Below, one piece after another: positions 10,930-21,213 of a stretch of 64,000 nucleotides of DNA (position 1 is its first letter; every line of letters starts with the position of its first letter). The notes below the pieces were generated by a model that saw only the letters and a list, made by a program, of their open reading frames with translations, made no database searches and was not told where the DNA came from. The position numbers and the translations under genes are program-made. The stretch covers positions 2,716 through 66,715 of the forward strand of contig CALKIA010000187.1 in assembly GCA_937988705.1 (NCBI GenBank). The letters run 5' to 3'. Source of the stretch: an uncultured Chloroflexota bacterium (GTDB lineage: Bacteria > Chloroflexota > Anaerolineae > Aggregatilineales > Phototrophicaceae).

Positions 10930-11589
10930 ATGATCGACCCCGCATCCGACCACTTTAATCAGTGGGGCTATATGGTGATCTGGATCATCCTGTTCGCCGT
11001 GATGCTCCTGTTTGTACCCTTCTACAAGAAGTCCCAACGTAAACCGAGCAGCGCCTATCTCGCCTTCATCATCGCGCTGGCGCTGGAGATGTTTGGCGTC
11101 CCGCTCAGTATGTATGTCATCACCTGGTTGATCGGCACCACACTCCCGGATGGTGTGTTGTACGGACATACCTTGCAACCGTGGATCGGTCACTGGGGCA
11201 TGTACATCGGCACCGTGCTGATACTGTGCGGTGTCGGTCTAGTGATCATTGGTTGGCGCGTCATTCACAAGCGCTTCTGGAGTAAGGAAGAAGGTGAAGG
11301 CGAACTGGTCACCGACGGAATTTACGACTATATCCGACACCCGCAATATACCGGCTTCATGCTTGTCACGCTCGGCATGATCCTCGACTGGGCGACCCTG
11401 CCGCTGCTCATCATGTGGCCCATTCTGGTCGTCGTTTACTACCGTTTGGCCCGCATGGAAGAACGTGGGATGCTGGCGCAGTTCGGTTCTGCCTATGAGC
11501 TGTACCGCTCGAACACGGGGATGTTCCTGCCGAAGCTGCTCCATCGTCAGTCGGCGGCGCAGGTGGCACACAAAGCCTCATCTCGCTGA
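10930..11589 (+). CDS. Isoprenylcysteine carboxylmethyltransferase (ICMT/PEMT) family membrane protein
   Basis: LVTDGIYDYIRHPQYTG and EERGMLAQFGSAYELY motifs; several TM helices; GGAGG RBS. Confidence 0.88.
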   Translation: MIDPASDHFNQWGYMVIWIILFAVMLLFVPFYKKSQRKPSSAYLAFIIALALEMFGVPLSMYVITWLIGTTLPDGVLYGHTLQPWIGHWGMYIGTVLILCGVGLVIIGWRVIHKRFWSKEEGEGELVTDGIYDYIRHPQYTGFMLVTLGMILDWATLPLLIMWPILVVVYYRLARMEERGMLAQFGSAYELYRSNTGMFLPKLLHRQSAAQVAHKASSR

Positions 11590-11610
11590 AGCGAGGGAAA
11601 GAGTCCTCTC

Positions 11611-12147
11611 ATGTCTAAAAACCTTCTCATTGGCGTGGCACTGGCGGTTCTGCTGGCGTGCGGTCTGTTGACCGCCGCCGCACCCGCCCTTTGGAAGCAG
11701 ATCACCGACTTCAACCATGTCAACGATCTGGCCCAGCACATTGCGAATTTTGATCTCCCCGCGGGTTATCGGCCAGATTACGCGGTCGAGATGCTCGGAT
11801 ACACCGTTGTCGCCTATCAGGGTGAAGATGAATATAGCCACCTCTCACTGCTGCAAGCGCCGTCTGGAGTTATCCCGGACGATGCAGCGCTCGATGGGTA
11901 TATCCCGGATGACCGTGCCAAGACGCGCTGGAACGAAGCGACACTGGTGCGGACAGAGCAGCGAACAATCTGCGATCAGGCTGCGACCCTCACGGTGAGC
12001 GAACGGACGAATTCGGAAGGACGACGTTATCGCAGCCTGAATCTGGTTTTTCAGGGTCGAGAGGGTACGGCGCTGCTGGTTATCAACCAACCTATATCCA
12101 TGTGGAATGACGACCAGATCGAAGCCTTCATCGCCTCCATCCACTAG
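11611..12147 (+). CDS. Hypothetical exported protein
   Basis: N-terminal hydrophobic signal (possible lipobox LLAC); co-oriented in the operon. Confidence 0.65.
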   Translation: MSKNLLIGVALAVLLACGLLTAAAPALWKQITDFNHVNDLAQHIANFDLPAGYRPDYAVEMLGYTVVAYQGEDEYSHLSLLQAPSGVIPDDAALDGYIPDDRAKTRWNEATLVRTEQRTICDQAATLTVSERTNSEGRRYRSLNLVFQGREGTALLVINQPISMWNDDQIEAFIASIH

Positions 12148-12157
12148 GAGGCACCGC

Positions 12158-12505
12158 ATGAACACGCATCTCAGGGAGCGTGTCGAGGCACTACTTGGGC
12201 AGTATAGTGAGGTCACATTGGGGACTTGCGGACAAGTGGGTCCCCAGCTGACCTTCGTCTCGTGTGAACTGCGGAATCATGTGCTGCTTCTCTTTCTAGC
12301 GCGCAGTTCCGATCACCTGTTCAATCTCGAACAGCAATCGCAGCTTGCGCTGCTTACGCCCACATGGAAGCTCGATGGACAGGCTGACTCATCAGGCCAA
12401 GTCGCGGCGCCGCACAGCTGGCAAATTGTCGTGTCCGTCCAGCCAAGCCGCCTCCACATCCTGTCCGATGACGGGCAAAGTATCGTCGAAACTATCGACT
12501 TCTAA
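12158..12505 (+). CDS. Small protein, possible pyridoxamine 5'-phosphate oxidase-like split barrel
   Basis: AGGAGG RBS before ATG 12158; VTLGT..G..GPQLTFV and SDHLFNLEQQ..LAL resemble PNPOx-like proteins. Confidence 0.5.
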   Translation: MNTHLRERVEALLGQYSEVTLGTCGQVGPQLTFVSCELRNHVLLLFLARSSDHLFNLEQQSQLALLTPTWKLDGQADSSGQVAAPHSWQIVVSVQPSRLHILSDDGQSIVETIDF

Positions 12506-12879
12506 AGGCGAACTTCAATCGAGTTAGGTAGAGCAAACGACCTCATGAAGCAACGGATTGGAACAACCGCGCTTGGCGGTCGATACGAGATAAAGACATG
12601 AGAAATTCTGGCCATCATCAATTCCATGGAAAACAATGAATGATGCAGTCAACAGCGTTTGCTCGTCTTTACGATGATCATTATAGCCCGTTTCCCGTCG
12701 TCGCAATGGCTGCGGCAGATTTCCACCCTTCAGGCTCACTGGCATATGCGCTGACCTCCGTGGTTGCTCTCGCGCTGCGTTTCGTCCGGTTTCTCAGCCG
12801 CAAGGGTAGCATGCCGCACCGCCGTCAAAGCCGTGGCCAGCTTCGGCGACGGGCGCGCGCCTGGTTGGTGCCGCTCCGC

Positions 12880-13398
12880 TCAGGCGCGCCCGTGCCGCCC
12901 GATGGGTGCCGGCGGGCTATGCGGCGATACTCGTGCGCCCAACGCCAGGATCAACGCGCCATGTCCTTGGAAGTCCTGTTCACTCAGCGAATTTATGTCG
13001 ATCCACAATGGCTCATCAAGGCCTTCATCTGGCGTGAAGTGCGTCGCGCCGATCTGCGTGGATAACGGCTCACAGCGGAAGAAGAACAGGAACCCGTGAA
13101 AAGCGAGATCCAGCGGGTCGTAGTAGAAGAAATCGGTTTGAAAATGCAGGAATTCCTCCACTGTGACGGCAATGCCCGTCTCTTCGTGCACTTCCCGGAT
13201 CAGAGCGGCATCCATCGCCTCCCCTTTTTCAATACCCCCGCCGGGCAGAACATACCGCTGAGTATAGGTGGCGCGCACCACCAGCAGCTGCTGGTTCTGC
13301 ACAATCAGCCCATAGACTGACGGTCGCTGAATCAGGGTTTCCGCATCGACGAACCTCTCGGCATTGAAGAGAGTTCGGCATTTCACCTGCACTCCCAT
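12880..13398 (-). CDS. NUDIX hydrolase
   Basis: Nudix box LPGGGIEKGEAMDAALIREVHEETG; RPSVYGLI. Start placed at ATG 13398. Confidence 0.9.
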   Translation of the reverse strand: MGVQVKCRTLFNAERFVDAETLIQRPSVYGLIVQNQQLLVVRATYTQRYVLPGGGIEKGEAMDAALIREVHEETGIAVTVEEFLHFQTDFFYYDPLDLAFHGFLFFFRCEPLSTQIGATHFTPDEGLDEPLWIDINSLSEQDFQGHGALILALGARVSPHSPPAPIGRHGRA

Positions 13399-13461
13399 TA
13401 TCCGCCTTTCTGTAACTGCCCCGTCCACATAGTGAGAGCTAAATTCGAGGAGAAATGATAC

Positions 13462-14189
13462 ATGGCACGCACTGAATCGAAAATGATTATGGGCTACCTG
13501 CCCATCGAGGAGCGCCACTACCCGGCGCTCCTTCCATTAGTCGCACCTGCGACTCCCGCCGTGCGATTGCTCGATCCGTTCGCCGGAGAAGGCGCATTCC
13601 TCGAAGCGGCGGCGAAAGCGTGGAACCTCACACCCTACGCCAATGAACTCGATGGGGAGCGGGCGGCGGCGTGCATCACCCGTTTTGGCGCGACGCAGGC
13701 ATTACGCTGTGACGTAGAGCGGTTGGTAGCCTCCAACAACGTGTTTGGCACCGCGTGGTTGAACCCACCCTATAATCACGACGCGAGTGCGTCGGGCCGC
13801 AAGCGGGTCGAGTTCCGCTATCTGTGCCATGCGTGGAAATGGGTGCAGGACGGCGGCTTGGCGCTCTGGTGCATCTACCGCCAGCATATCACCAGCGAAG
13901 CGGCAGCATTCCTTGCCAAACACAGCAACCGCGTCGAGGTGTGGGCGCTGCCGGGGAAAGCACTTGGGCGAAAATGATCAGATGGTGGTCGCGGCGATCA
14001 AGGGCGTGCCGCTTGATCCCGTCGCGCACTATGAGCAGATCGTCCGCGACCGTGATAATCCACAGCCGCACACCGTCCAAGCAGAACCGCTCTACCGGTT
14101 GCCCGCCCCGCGCCCGATTCAGCGGTTCGTGTTCGCACCGGATATGCTCGATGAGGCATCCGGGCTGAAGCTGATCGAGGAGCAGGGCC
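13462..14189 (+). pseudogene. DUF6094-like N6-adenine methyltransferase-fold gene, frameshifted and truncated
   Basis: GAGGAG RBS; LLDPFAGEG (SAM binding) and WLNPPY (catalytic) motifs. Frameshift near 13955-13960 (continues as KHLGENDQMVVAAIKG). Cut off at about 14190 by an IS fragment. Confidence 0.7.
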
Positions 14190-14452
14190 CGTTCGGTACG
14201 CGAGGAAATTCTCGACCGGGTCATCATTTTGAATGCGGCGCACCTGAAGTAGGTGCTGCGCGAGTATGAGCATTTCTTCAACACAGCGCGACCGCATCAA
14301 GGGATTGGGCAAAAGACCCCGATCCACCCCCAGCAAGGTCAATCAGCGGGACAGTCAAACGGCGCGATCAACTCGGCGGTGTACTCCACGACCACTATCG
14401 AACTGCTTAACCCAAGGGAAACACCGCGCGGATAAGGTTTTTTGCTACTACA
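14190..14452 (+). mobile_element. 3' fragment of an rve-integrase (IS481-like) element with right TIR
   Basis: Reads RSVREEILDRVIILNAAHLK*VLREYEHFFNTARPHQGIGQ. Ends GGATAAGGTTTTTTGCTACTACA (14430-14452), like the other copies in the window. Confidence 0.75.
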
Positions 14453-14618
14453 GGATATGAAATCGGTTTGAGGTATCACACGAATGCTTCAGAACGCTTG
14501 TGCGAAATGCTGATTTCGCAATGCTGAACTACGGCAAAGATGGTACTATATCTCGACAGTAGATAGTTCATTTTAAGCTCAAAACTCGAATAGCCGCTAT
14601 TTCGGAGTCAGTGCATCG

Positions 14619-16757
14619 CTACCTTATTATGATCCGCGTACTGATGATCACCGCGCCTTTAATTGGCGGCTGACCGCCGATACAGAGTTCATATTCGCCG
14701 GGAATGATCACCGACTCGCCCTCATCAGTGATCGATGCCAATTCTTTTCCGGTGATCTCGAACAGGATTTCCCGCTGTTCCCCTACATCCAGATGAAATT
14801 GTTGAAACCCGCGCAGTGCCAGACGGGGAAACCGTGATTCATGGGCGCTCAAGCGGCGCACATAAAGCTGAGTGACTTCATCTCCTGCCACGTTTCCACG
14901 GTTCGTCACCATGACAGATACCCGCACAGTTTCACCTGCTTCGATCGACTTTGCGCTCACTCGCGGATCATCGTAGTGGAAGGTGGTGTAACTCAGTCCA
15001 TATCCGAAGGGATATAAAGCCTCTTCTTCAAAATACCGGTACGTTCGCCCGCGCATGTCGTAACTATCAAAACTCGGCAGATCACGGGTTGCCCGGTAAA
15101 CCGTCAGCGGCAGTCGTCCCGCCGGATTGTGATAACCGAACAGCACATCTGCAATACCTTCGCCCGCCTCACCTGGGTACCATGCTTGAAGAATCGCGGG
15201 GAGTGCTTCGTCCGCCCAGGGGATCGCCAAGGTGCTTCCACCGAGCAAAACGAGAACGATTGGCTTGCCGGTCTCATGCAGCCGCTTGAGCAGTTTTTCT
15301 TGGACGGCGGGCAGCTCGATTGTGGTTCGATCCCCCTGGCTGGTTGTACCTTCGGGCACGCCCTCAACCTGAAGCTCTTCACCTTCGATCACTTGCGACA
15401 GCCCACCCACAAAAATCACGACATCCGAAGCTTCTGCCAAGCGCACTGCCTCTGCAAAACCGCGCTCGTCTTCTAGAAGAACATCGCATCCGACGGCATA
15501 ATTAACGATTGTCGCGCCGTCGCCTGCTTGACTAATCCCTTCCAGTATCGTGACCGGTTTTATGGGCGTGCCATGATAATTGCCCAACTGCGCGGTCAGG
15601 TTATCGGCATTCGGTCCGATCACGGCAATCGACGCTAGGGTTTTGCTCAAGGGAAGGAGTCCCATGTTTTTAAGCAGCACCAGCGACTCGCAGACTGCTT
15701 GTCGGGCCAGGGCACGATGTTCCGGTTGTCCTACGATTTCGACTGGAATTTGTGTATACGGAACCTGTTCAGGGGGGTCAAACATGCCCAGACGAAAGCG
15801 CGTTTTGAACAAGCGCCGCAGGCATTGATCAAGCTGTGCTTCGCTGACTAAGCCCCGCTCAACCGCTTCGACCAGCGCTTCATAAGCACAACCGCAGCAC
15901 AAATCACATCCTGCACTGACCGCCAGCGCCGCCGCACCAGCGTGCGAATCTGCAAGTTTGTGCCGCTCGGAAATATCCTCAATCGCGCCGCAGTCCGACA
16001 CGACATGCCCGGCAAACTGCCATTGATCCCGTAGAATCTTACCGAGCAGCGTCGGGCTGGCGCAGCACGCTTCACCGTTGGTGCGTGTATACGCGCCCAT
16101 AATCGATTCGACATCCGCCTCACGCACACAAGCCTCAAATGCGGGTAGGTAAGTATCCCACAGATCATAGGGGCTAACTTGAGCATCAAAGGTATGGCGG
16201 AGCGCTTCCGGTCCGCTGTGGGCGGCATAATGTTTGGCACACGCGGCAAGTTTGAGATACCGGGGATGATCGCCTTGCAGCGCCTTGACAAACACAACCG
16301 CTAATCGCCCGGTCAAAAACGGGTCTTCTCCGAAGGTTTCCTGTGCCCGTCCCCAACGCGGATCACGCACAATATTGATGTTGGGCGTCCAGAAGGTCAG
16401 CCCACCATAAATTTCGACCCGTCCTTCGCGCACAGCCTGATGATGTTTGGCGCGGGCTTCATCACTTGTGACTGTACCCACACGCGCCAATAGGTCAGTA
16501 TCCCAGGTCGCCGCCAGTCCGATTGCATGGGGAAAAACCGTCGAAAGCCCGGCACGTGCCACCCCATGTGAACATTCATTCCACCAGTTGTAAGCCGGAA
16601 CGCCGAGACGCTCAATAGCAGGGGCATCATGCAGCATCTGCGCGACCTTTTCTTCAAGTGTCAGCACACGAATGAGCGAATCAACGCGTACATCCAGCGA
16701 TTGTGACAGATCGCGGCTGATTTCTGGCAGCTTGTCCAGAACAGCTTGAGCCAGCAT
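14619..16757 (-). CDS. GH3 beta-glucosidase/beta-xylosidase
   Basis: WWNECSHG, RDPRWGRAQETFGEDP, KHY, VVSDC, AWYPG and FGYGLSY motifs; C-terminal Fn3-like domain. Confidence 0.93.
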   Translation of the reverse strand: MLAQAVLDKLPEISRDLSQSLDVRVDSLIRVLTLEEKVAQMLHDAPAIERLGVPAYNWWNECSHGVARAGLSTVFPHAIGLAATWDTDLLARVGTVTSDEARAKHHQAVREGRVEIYGGLTFWTPNINIVRDPRWGRAQETFGEDPFLTGRLAVVFVKALQGDHPRYLKLAACAKHYAAHSGPEALRHTFDAQVSPYDLWDTYLPAFEACVREADVESIMGAYTRTNGEACCASPTLLGKILRDQWQFAGHVVSDCGAIEDISERHKLADSHAGAAALAVSAGCDLCCGCAYEALVEAVERGLVSEAQLDQCLRRLFKTRFRLGMFDPPEQVPYTQIPVEIVGQPEHRALARQAVCESLVLLKNMGLLPLSKTLASIAVIGPNADNLTAQLGNYHGTPIKPVTILEGISQAGDGATIVNYAVGCDVLLEDERGFAEAVRLAEASDVVIFVGGLSQVIEGEELQVEGVPEGTTSQGDRTTIELPAVQEKLLKRLHETGKPIVLVLLGGSTLAIPWADEALPAILQAWYPGEAGEGIADVLFGYHNPAGRLPLTVYRATRDLPSFDSYDMRGRTYRYFEEEALYPFGYGLSYTTFHYDDPRVSAKSIEAGETVRVSVMVTNRGNVAGDEVTQLYVRRLSAHESRFPRLALRGFQQFHLDVGEQREILFEITGKELASITDEGESVIIPGEYELCIGGQPPIKGAVIISTRIIIR

Positions 16758-19273
16758 TAGAGGGTCTCCTCAATGAGGTTGACAGCAGTCCACCCGCCAT
16801 CACGGGTAATTTTGAAGGTTTTTAGCTCGAACGGTGCGAACATGACGGTTGTGGGTACACCCCCTTCGAATGTCAATTGAGCAGCAGTCATCTTGCCTAT
16901 GCTTTCTGCTAAGCGCACAATCAGCGCTTCCTCAAGCTCGGCTTTCTTGAGCGCTCCTAAAGTGATCGTCGCAGGCTCAATCTGCAAGAATGGCGCAGCG
17001 ACGCTGGGTGAGCCTTCCAGCGGAGTGGGGGGGAAGTAGCTAAAAAACGCTTCCAGCGGTTGATTCAGCGTCAGGGCTGCCGAGATAAGCGCTTGATCGA
17101 AATTGGCGCTCGATTCACTTGAGGTGATCAACCGGAAACGTGTGTCAAGCTGTGTTTGATCCATAAAGGTGTAAGCTTTGTGGGTCGGCACATCGGTTTC
17201 GCTCCAGGCACAGTGCGTCCCCCCTCGGCTGAGGCTCAGATTTAGAATCCCATCCGCGCTTATATCAAAACCGTTCTGACCGCTGTTGGCTACACCAACC
17301 CGCATGTCATCACTTTCAAGACGCAGCCAGCGCGCATACGGGTATTCAGTCGCATCGGCTGGATAGTTGGCTGCGCTGTAAGGTACTTCCGCCGTCACCC
17401 GGCATCCCGCCAGCGCGAACGGAATTTGCAGCTTGATCAGCTTGCGCCGCGCTTGCATATACAGCCGCACATCCAGATCGACATACGCTTGATCGGCGTA
17501 GAACGTGTGACGAATGGCGGCGCGGGTGTGCTGCCACCCTACCAAGCATTCGACTGTCACCCATGCTGCGCCGCTGGCGATTACCCGCAGTGCCGGACCG
17601 AGCGCCCCTTCCATGCCCACAAAATCACCGACTTGCGCCGCCGTAAGCGCTGCCAACGGCGCGACCGGCTCGTTAAAGGCGACGCGGTTTTCGCCACCCC
17701 ATCCATGCGAGACATCCTTCATCGCAAACAAGCGCAGCGGCGCACGTAACAATTCATATGATGCGGCCGTTAAACTCACCAGTGCCACTTGAGTGGTGTC
17801 AAAATAGGCATGGTAAAAAGGTGATTTGACGCTGATTCCGTCTGCATTTTCGATCACCTCAATCCGAGGGACGTGTACGGGCGGCGGATCGAAGCGGATT
17901 TCGTACCGGCGCACCGAGAGCGCTGGTACATGCGCCATGAACCCACAGAACGGCTGCCATGTGCCTTCATCAATCAGGACGTTGTCCCCACCGGATTCCT
18001 GATGCGGTACAACCTCGCCCTGATCATCGATCAACGTGAACGGTTTTCGCTGTGGAGGGGGCGCGTAGGCACTCAGGAAATTCAGCCCGACCGGCGCTTT
18101 TACCGGCGTGCTGTGCGGATTGAAGACATAGACCGGCACGGTGTCCGGCTGCGGGGAGATGTTCGGGATCAGCGCTGATTGTGCCTTGGTGATGATCCGA
18201 CGCGCGGTGTCCTCCGCATGGCCGAACATCGCCATCACACCGGGAATTGCCGACTCGCGCAGTGAACCGCACAACACATCGTGGAACGAGTTGAACATCA
18301 AGCGCTTCCAGGCTTCGCGCAGCATGTCCGATGGGTACGCGAATCCGCTGCGCCACCAGGCAAGCGCTGCCCACCGTTCGGCGGATGCCAGCAGTGTTTC
18401 ACCGTTTCGCATCTGCCGCTTGATCGCAGCCACCGAGGTATAGGTGCCGGCTAAGGTGCGCTGAAGTTCGCCTTCCACAACTGGAAAATCGGGAATGTGT
18501 GGTTCAATGCGCGCTAGAAAAGCTTCCGGGGTACTGTGACGCAGTTCGATGTCAGCGTCCGCGAATTCTTCAAAGAGTGTGCGGAAACTTAGCAGGTCGG
18601 CACGGGTCGCGCCGCCGCCGTGATCGCCTAAGCCCCATGTCACCAGCGTATCCATGCCGGTTTCGCGGGCGATTTTGATCCCGCGCCGCGCCTGGTCTTC
18701 GGCTTGACCGGGAGCAGGTGTCCCGTACCAACCGCTATCCGGTCGCACTGCCAAGATTTCACTGCCATCAGCACTGCGCCAGCGGTAGAAGGGCGCGGGC
18801 AATGCCAGCTGTGCCTCAACCGGACGACAGTGGATATACATCGAAAAACCGCTGTGCCGGAGCAGTTTGGGAACACTGTTGGGGTGACCAAAACTGTCAA
18901 AGTTGTAGGAGACCGGCGGACGCACACCGAACTTGTCCGCGAAGTAACGCCGACCTTCCAAAATGACCCGTACCAGCGTTTCGCCCCCGGTCAGGTTGAG
19001 ATCGGGCTGCAAATACCAGCCGCCGGTAATATTCCAGCGTCCGCTTTTGACGAGCGTTTTGATCCGGTCGAACAGCGGTGGATCGTATTCTTCCGCCCAC
19101 TCGTATAACAGACTCTCATTATGGTTAAAGACAAACTCCGGAAATTCCTCAAGCAGTGCGACAGCGGTGTGAAAGGTCGAAATGGTTTCGCGCAGCCCTT
19201 CTTCCCAACCCCACATCCAAACCGGGTCGATATGCGCGGTACAAATCAGATGAACTAGCGGACGGTGTGCCAT
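16757..19273 (-). CDS. GH38 alpha-mannosidase
   Basis: AHIDPVWMW, GGWYLQPD, DSFGH, GDHGGG and FHDVLCGS motifs. Confidence 0.9.
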   Translation of the reverse strand: MAHRPLVHLICTAHIDPVWMWGWEEGLRETISTFHTAVALLEEFPEFVFNHNESLLYEWAEEYDPPLFDRIKTLVKSGRWNITGGWYLQPDLNLTGGETLVRVILEGRRYFADKFGVRPPVSYNFDSFGHPNSVPKLLRHSGFSMYIHCRPVEAQLALPAPFYRWRSADGSEILAVRPDSGWYGTPAPGQAEDQARRGIKIARETGMDTLVTWGLGDHGGGATRADLLSFRTLFEEFADADIELRHSTPEAFLARIEPHIPDFPVVEGELQRTLAGTYTSVAAIKRQMRNGETLLASAERWAALAWWRSGFAYPSDMLREAWKRLMFNSFHDVLCGSLRESAIPGVMAMFGHAEDTARRIITKAQSALIPNISPQPDTVPVYVFNPHSTPVKAPVGLNFLSAYAPPPQRKPFTLIDDQGEVVPHQESGGDNVLIDEGTWQPFCGFMAHVPALSVRRYEIRFDPPPVHVPRIEVIENADGISVKSPFYHAYFDTTQVALVSLTAASYELLRAPLRLFAMKDVSHGWGGENRVAFNEPVAPLAALTAAQVGDFVGMEGALGPALRVIASGAAWVTVECLVGWQHTRAAIRHTFYADQAYVDLDVRLYMQARRKLIKLQIPFALAGCRVTAEVPYSAANYPADATEYPYARWLRLESDDMRVGVANSGQNGFDISADGILNLSLSRGGTHCAWSETDVPTHKAYTFMDQTQLDTRFRLITSSESSANFDQALISAALTLNQPLEAFFSYFPPTPLEGSPSVAAPFLQIEPATITLGALKKAELEEALIVRLAESIGKMTAAQLTFEGGVPTTVMFAPFELKTFKITRDGGWTAVNLIEETL

Positions 19274-19283
19274 AACAGGAGAA

Positions 19284-20156
19284 TCATCCTTTAACTGCGC
19301 CTAGTGAAAGCCCACGCTGCATATAGCGCTGCATCACAATCGCAATGATTAACGGTGGAAGCATCGCCATGAAATACCCTGCCATTTGAATATTCGGTGG
19401 GGTCGCACTGCGTTGTTCGACCACGAATAACGCGACGCTGATCGGCTGAAGTTCAGGATTACCGAGCAGCATCAGATAGGGCCACAAGAAATCCTTCCAT
19501 AGATTGACGAAAGTCAGGATCGACAGCACGATTAGGATCGGTAGGCTGAGTGGCAGCACGATATGGCTGAAGATTTGCAGCGCCGAGGCACCATCTACGC
19601 GCGCCGAATCGAAAATTTCAGGCGGCAGTCCATCAAAGAAGTTCTTGAGGATGAAGATCATAAAGGCGTTGACACCGTATGACAGCCATAAGCCCCAATA
19701 GCTGCCCAACAGCCCCAGACGAGCCGCGGTCACATATAACGGAATGATGTAGGCAATTCCGGGAATCATCAATGTCGTGAGAAAGCCGATCAGCAGAAAA
19801 CGCCCGCCGATGGGTTTGAGCTTGGAAAGGCTGTATGCCGCCAGCATCGACACACTAAGCTGGACGAACAACCCGCCAGTAACCATAAATGTCGTGTTCA
19901 GGAACAGACGCGGCAGATTGAAATAGGCCCACGCCTGCCCATAGTTATCCCAGTTGGCGACCGTAGGGAAAAGCTGAAAGGTCGTACTGAAAACCTCCCG
20001 GCTTGTCTTCAGTCCGCTCGTGAAAGCATAGATGAACGGCACGACCACAACCAGCGCCAGCAGCAGCAGCGCCAGCGTGATCAGCGCATAGGTCAGCCGA
20101 CCGCGTGGCGTCCGTACTTCCAGATCAGACAGAACGGCACGAACTGACGAGTCCAT
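19284..20156 (-). CDS. Carbohydrate ABC transporter permease (MalG-like)
   Basis: EAA-loop variant EIFDSARVDGAS; TM helices; ends GAVKG. Start placed at ATG 20156 after GAGGA. Confidence 0.9.
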   Translation of the reverse strand: MDSSVRAVLSDLEVRTPRGRLTYALITLALLLLALVVVVPFIYAFTSGLKTSREVFSTTFQLFPTVANWDNYGQAWAYFNLPRLFLNTTFMVTGGLFVQLSVSMLAAYSLSKLKPIGGRFLLIGFLTTLMIPGIAYIIPLYVTAARLGLLGSYWGLWLSYGVNAFMIFILKNFFDGLPPEIFDSARVDGASALQIFSHIVLPLSLPILIVLSILTFVNLWKDFLWPYLMLLGNPELQPISVALFVVEQRSATPPNIQMAGYFMAMLPPLIIAIVMQRYMQRGLSLGAVKG

Positions 20157-20167
20157 ATTGATTATCC

Positions 20168-21106
20168 TCACTGCTGCACTGCGCGTGTCACGCGCAGATA
20201 GACGAGCGATAACGCACCCAATACGATCATGAGCAGCACACTCCATGCCGCTGCAAGCCCATAATCGCCGTTCAAGAAGCCTTTGCGATAGAGCGTAAAG
20301 ACCGGTGTCATAGTTGCCTGTCCCGGTCCACCTTCGGTCAAGACAAGCGGTTCCATAAATATCTGAACAATCCCGAGTATCTGCACGATCAGCAGTACCA
20401 GCATGGTCGGGCGCAAGTACGGCATCGTGATAAAGCGGACGCGATCCCAAGGATGCGCGCCATCGATCTCTGCCGCTTCATACAGCTCAATGGGCAAATC
20501 TTGCAGCGCTGCCAGATAGATCAGCATGGTTGCTCCAAAACCGCCCCACGTCATAATTACGAGAATCGACGGCTTGACGAGCGCTGCATCTTGCAGCCAT
20601 CCGGCACGTGTCCCACCTAATCCGATCACCACCTGATTGAGCAGTCCGCCCGGCTGCGGGCTATAAATGAGCTGCCAGACGAGAATTCCGATCAGCGGCG
20701 GAATCACGCTCGGCAAAAAATAAACGATGCGAAAGAAGCTTTTCGCCGCGCGCATCTCATTGACAAGGACGGCAACCAGGACGGGGATAAAAAAGCCGAT
20801 CAGGATGCTGAGTCCCGCGAACTCAAAGCTGTTACGCCACGAGGCGGCAAACGTTGGATCGGCAAACATGCGTTCGTAGTTGCGAAAACCAACCCACACT
20901 GATGCTCCCGCATCCATCAGATCAACTTGCTGAAAACTCATCACGATGCTGTTGAGGATGGGCCACCATGCAAAAACGGCGAACGCGGCAAGCGCCGGAA
21001 GCAAGAACAAATAGGCGACAAACTGTTCCCGCCAGTTGATCCGATTTCGGTGATGGGGTATATCCGACGCGTCGGCGCGTTCCTTACGAAGGGGTAGAGC
21101 CATCAT
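20168..21106 (-). CDS. Carbohydrate ABC transporter permease (MalF-like)
   Basis: ELYEAAEIDGA loop; WVGFRNY; TM helices. Confidence 0.92.
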   Translation of the reverse strand: MMALPLRKERADASDIPHHRNRINWREQFVAYLFLLPALAAFAVFAWWPILNSIVMSFQQVDLMDAGASVWVGFRNYERMFADPTFAASWRNSFEFAGLSILIGFFIPVLVAVLVNEMRAAKSFFRIVYFLPSVIPPLIGILVWQLIYSPQPGGLLNQVVIGLGGTRAGWLQDAALVKPSILVIMTWGGFGATMLIYLAALQDLPIELYEAAEIDGAHPWDRVRFITMPYLRPTMLVLLIVQILGIVQIFMEPLVLTEGGPGQATMTPVFTLYRKGFLNGDYGLAAAWSVLLMIVLGALSLVYLRVTRAVQQ

Positions 21107-21160
21107 TGTGTCTCCCTGATCAGCGCTTGTGGCGTGGTTGTTCTGGGGTGATAGGACAGA

Positions 21161-21189
21161 TCAGGCGGTATCGTTGGGATACCGCCTGA
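21161..21189 (-). terminator. Intercistronic stem-loop after the solute-binding protein gene
   Basis: Perfect 12-bp stem TCAGGCGGTATC-N5-GATACCGCCTGA. No clear U-tract, so it may be an mRNA-stabilising hairpin rather than a terminator. Confidence 0.6.
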
Positions 21190-21213
21190 CAATTTCACAC
21201 GGTCAGTTTGAAA

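Noticed and set aside
12640-13099. Plus-strand ORFs of 141 and 111 aa
   Set aside because: They are Arg/Ala/Pro-rich translations of GC-rich non-coding DNA and overlap the NUDIX gene on the opposite strand.
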